Assembly (NCBI RefSeq): GCF_036588685.1
Contig: NC_086380.1
Span: 73,036,001 to 73,100,000, forward strand
DNA from: Mytilus trossulus
Taxonomy: Eukaryota
Length of the DNA stretch: 64,000 nt
Reading direction: 5' to 3'
In this document: piece by piece, positions 63,945-64,000 of the stretch
Layout: the number at the start of each line of letters is the position of its first letter
How positions within the stretch are numbered: position 1 is the stretch's first letter
The notes under the pieces: generated by a model
The model's database searches: none
Told to the model about the DNA's origin: nothing
Seen by the model: the letters and a program-made list of their open reading frames with translations, nothing else
Made by a program: the position numbers and the translations under genes

Positions 63945-64000
63945 TCAGATAAGACAACACGGTAAATGATTATTTGTACACTGTTTTGCCCGTCTACAGA
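63945..64000 (-). CDS. His-Me finger endonuclease, 3' end only (cut by the window edge)
   Basis: Matches 2208-2263 of the first copy. Confidence 0.75.
   Translation of the reverse strand, partial: CRRAKQCTNNHLPCCLI

Larger units (their letters stand above)
1..64000 (+). repeat. Tandem array (coding macrosatellite) of a 3,610-bp KolobokP-like transposon internal region; ~17.5 units, extends beyond both window ends
   Basis: All ORFs recur with period 3610. Exceptions are 3609 where a poly-T is 1 nt shorter, +926 and +463 where 459-bp modules are present, and the N-gap. Units are almost base-identical. Confidence 0.98.

Noticed and set aside
1-64000. CRISPR array or RNA-guided (IscB/TnpB/Fanzor-like) system suggested by transposase + HNH pairing
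   Set aside because: No short repeat-spacer structure, no RuvC motifs, and no evident structured guide RNA. The nuclease is a stand-alone ~127-aa His-Cys box protein.

Overview
The whole window is a head-to-tail tandem array of a near-identical 3,610-bp eukaryotic (animal-type, intron-containing, AT-rich) unit, about 17.5 copies, running off both ends and interrupted by one 100-N scaffold gap (50006-50105). Each unit carries two convergent genes. One is a two-exon DDD/E transposase on the + strand (predicted 671 aa after removing a 410-bp GT-AG intron; Kolobok/Mutator-like). The other is a small His-Me finger (His-Cys box, I-PpoI-like) endonuclease on the - strand. Units are joined by a single TATA. 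At 2 of the 16 visible junctions this TATA holds a 459-bp non-coding module with its own terminal inverted repeats (GGTTGCACTT...AAGTGCAACC) and a TATA on each side: a tandem dimer at 31560-32481 and a single copy at 39706-40164. This matches my recollection of the KolobokP lineage of composite-like DNA transposons (internal region 'INT' flanked by long direct repeats 'LDR' that carry TIRs; reported mainly from bivalves and other invertebrates). That family call is from memory and needs a database check. Notable here: a coding mega-satellite of intact INT units, with the LDR cleanly absent from 14 of 16 junctions. Sequence hints suggest the LDR is also a bidirectional promoter/first-exon cassette for both genes. 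A 2-bp marker defines an 8-unit amplification block that ends exactly at the LDR dimer.
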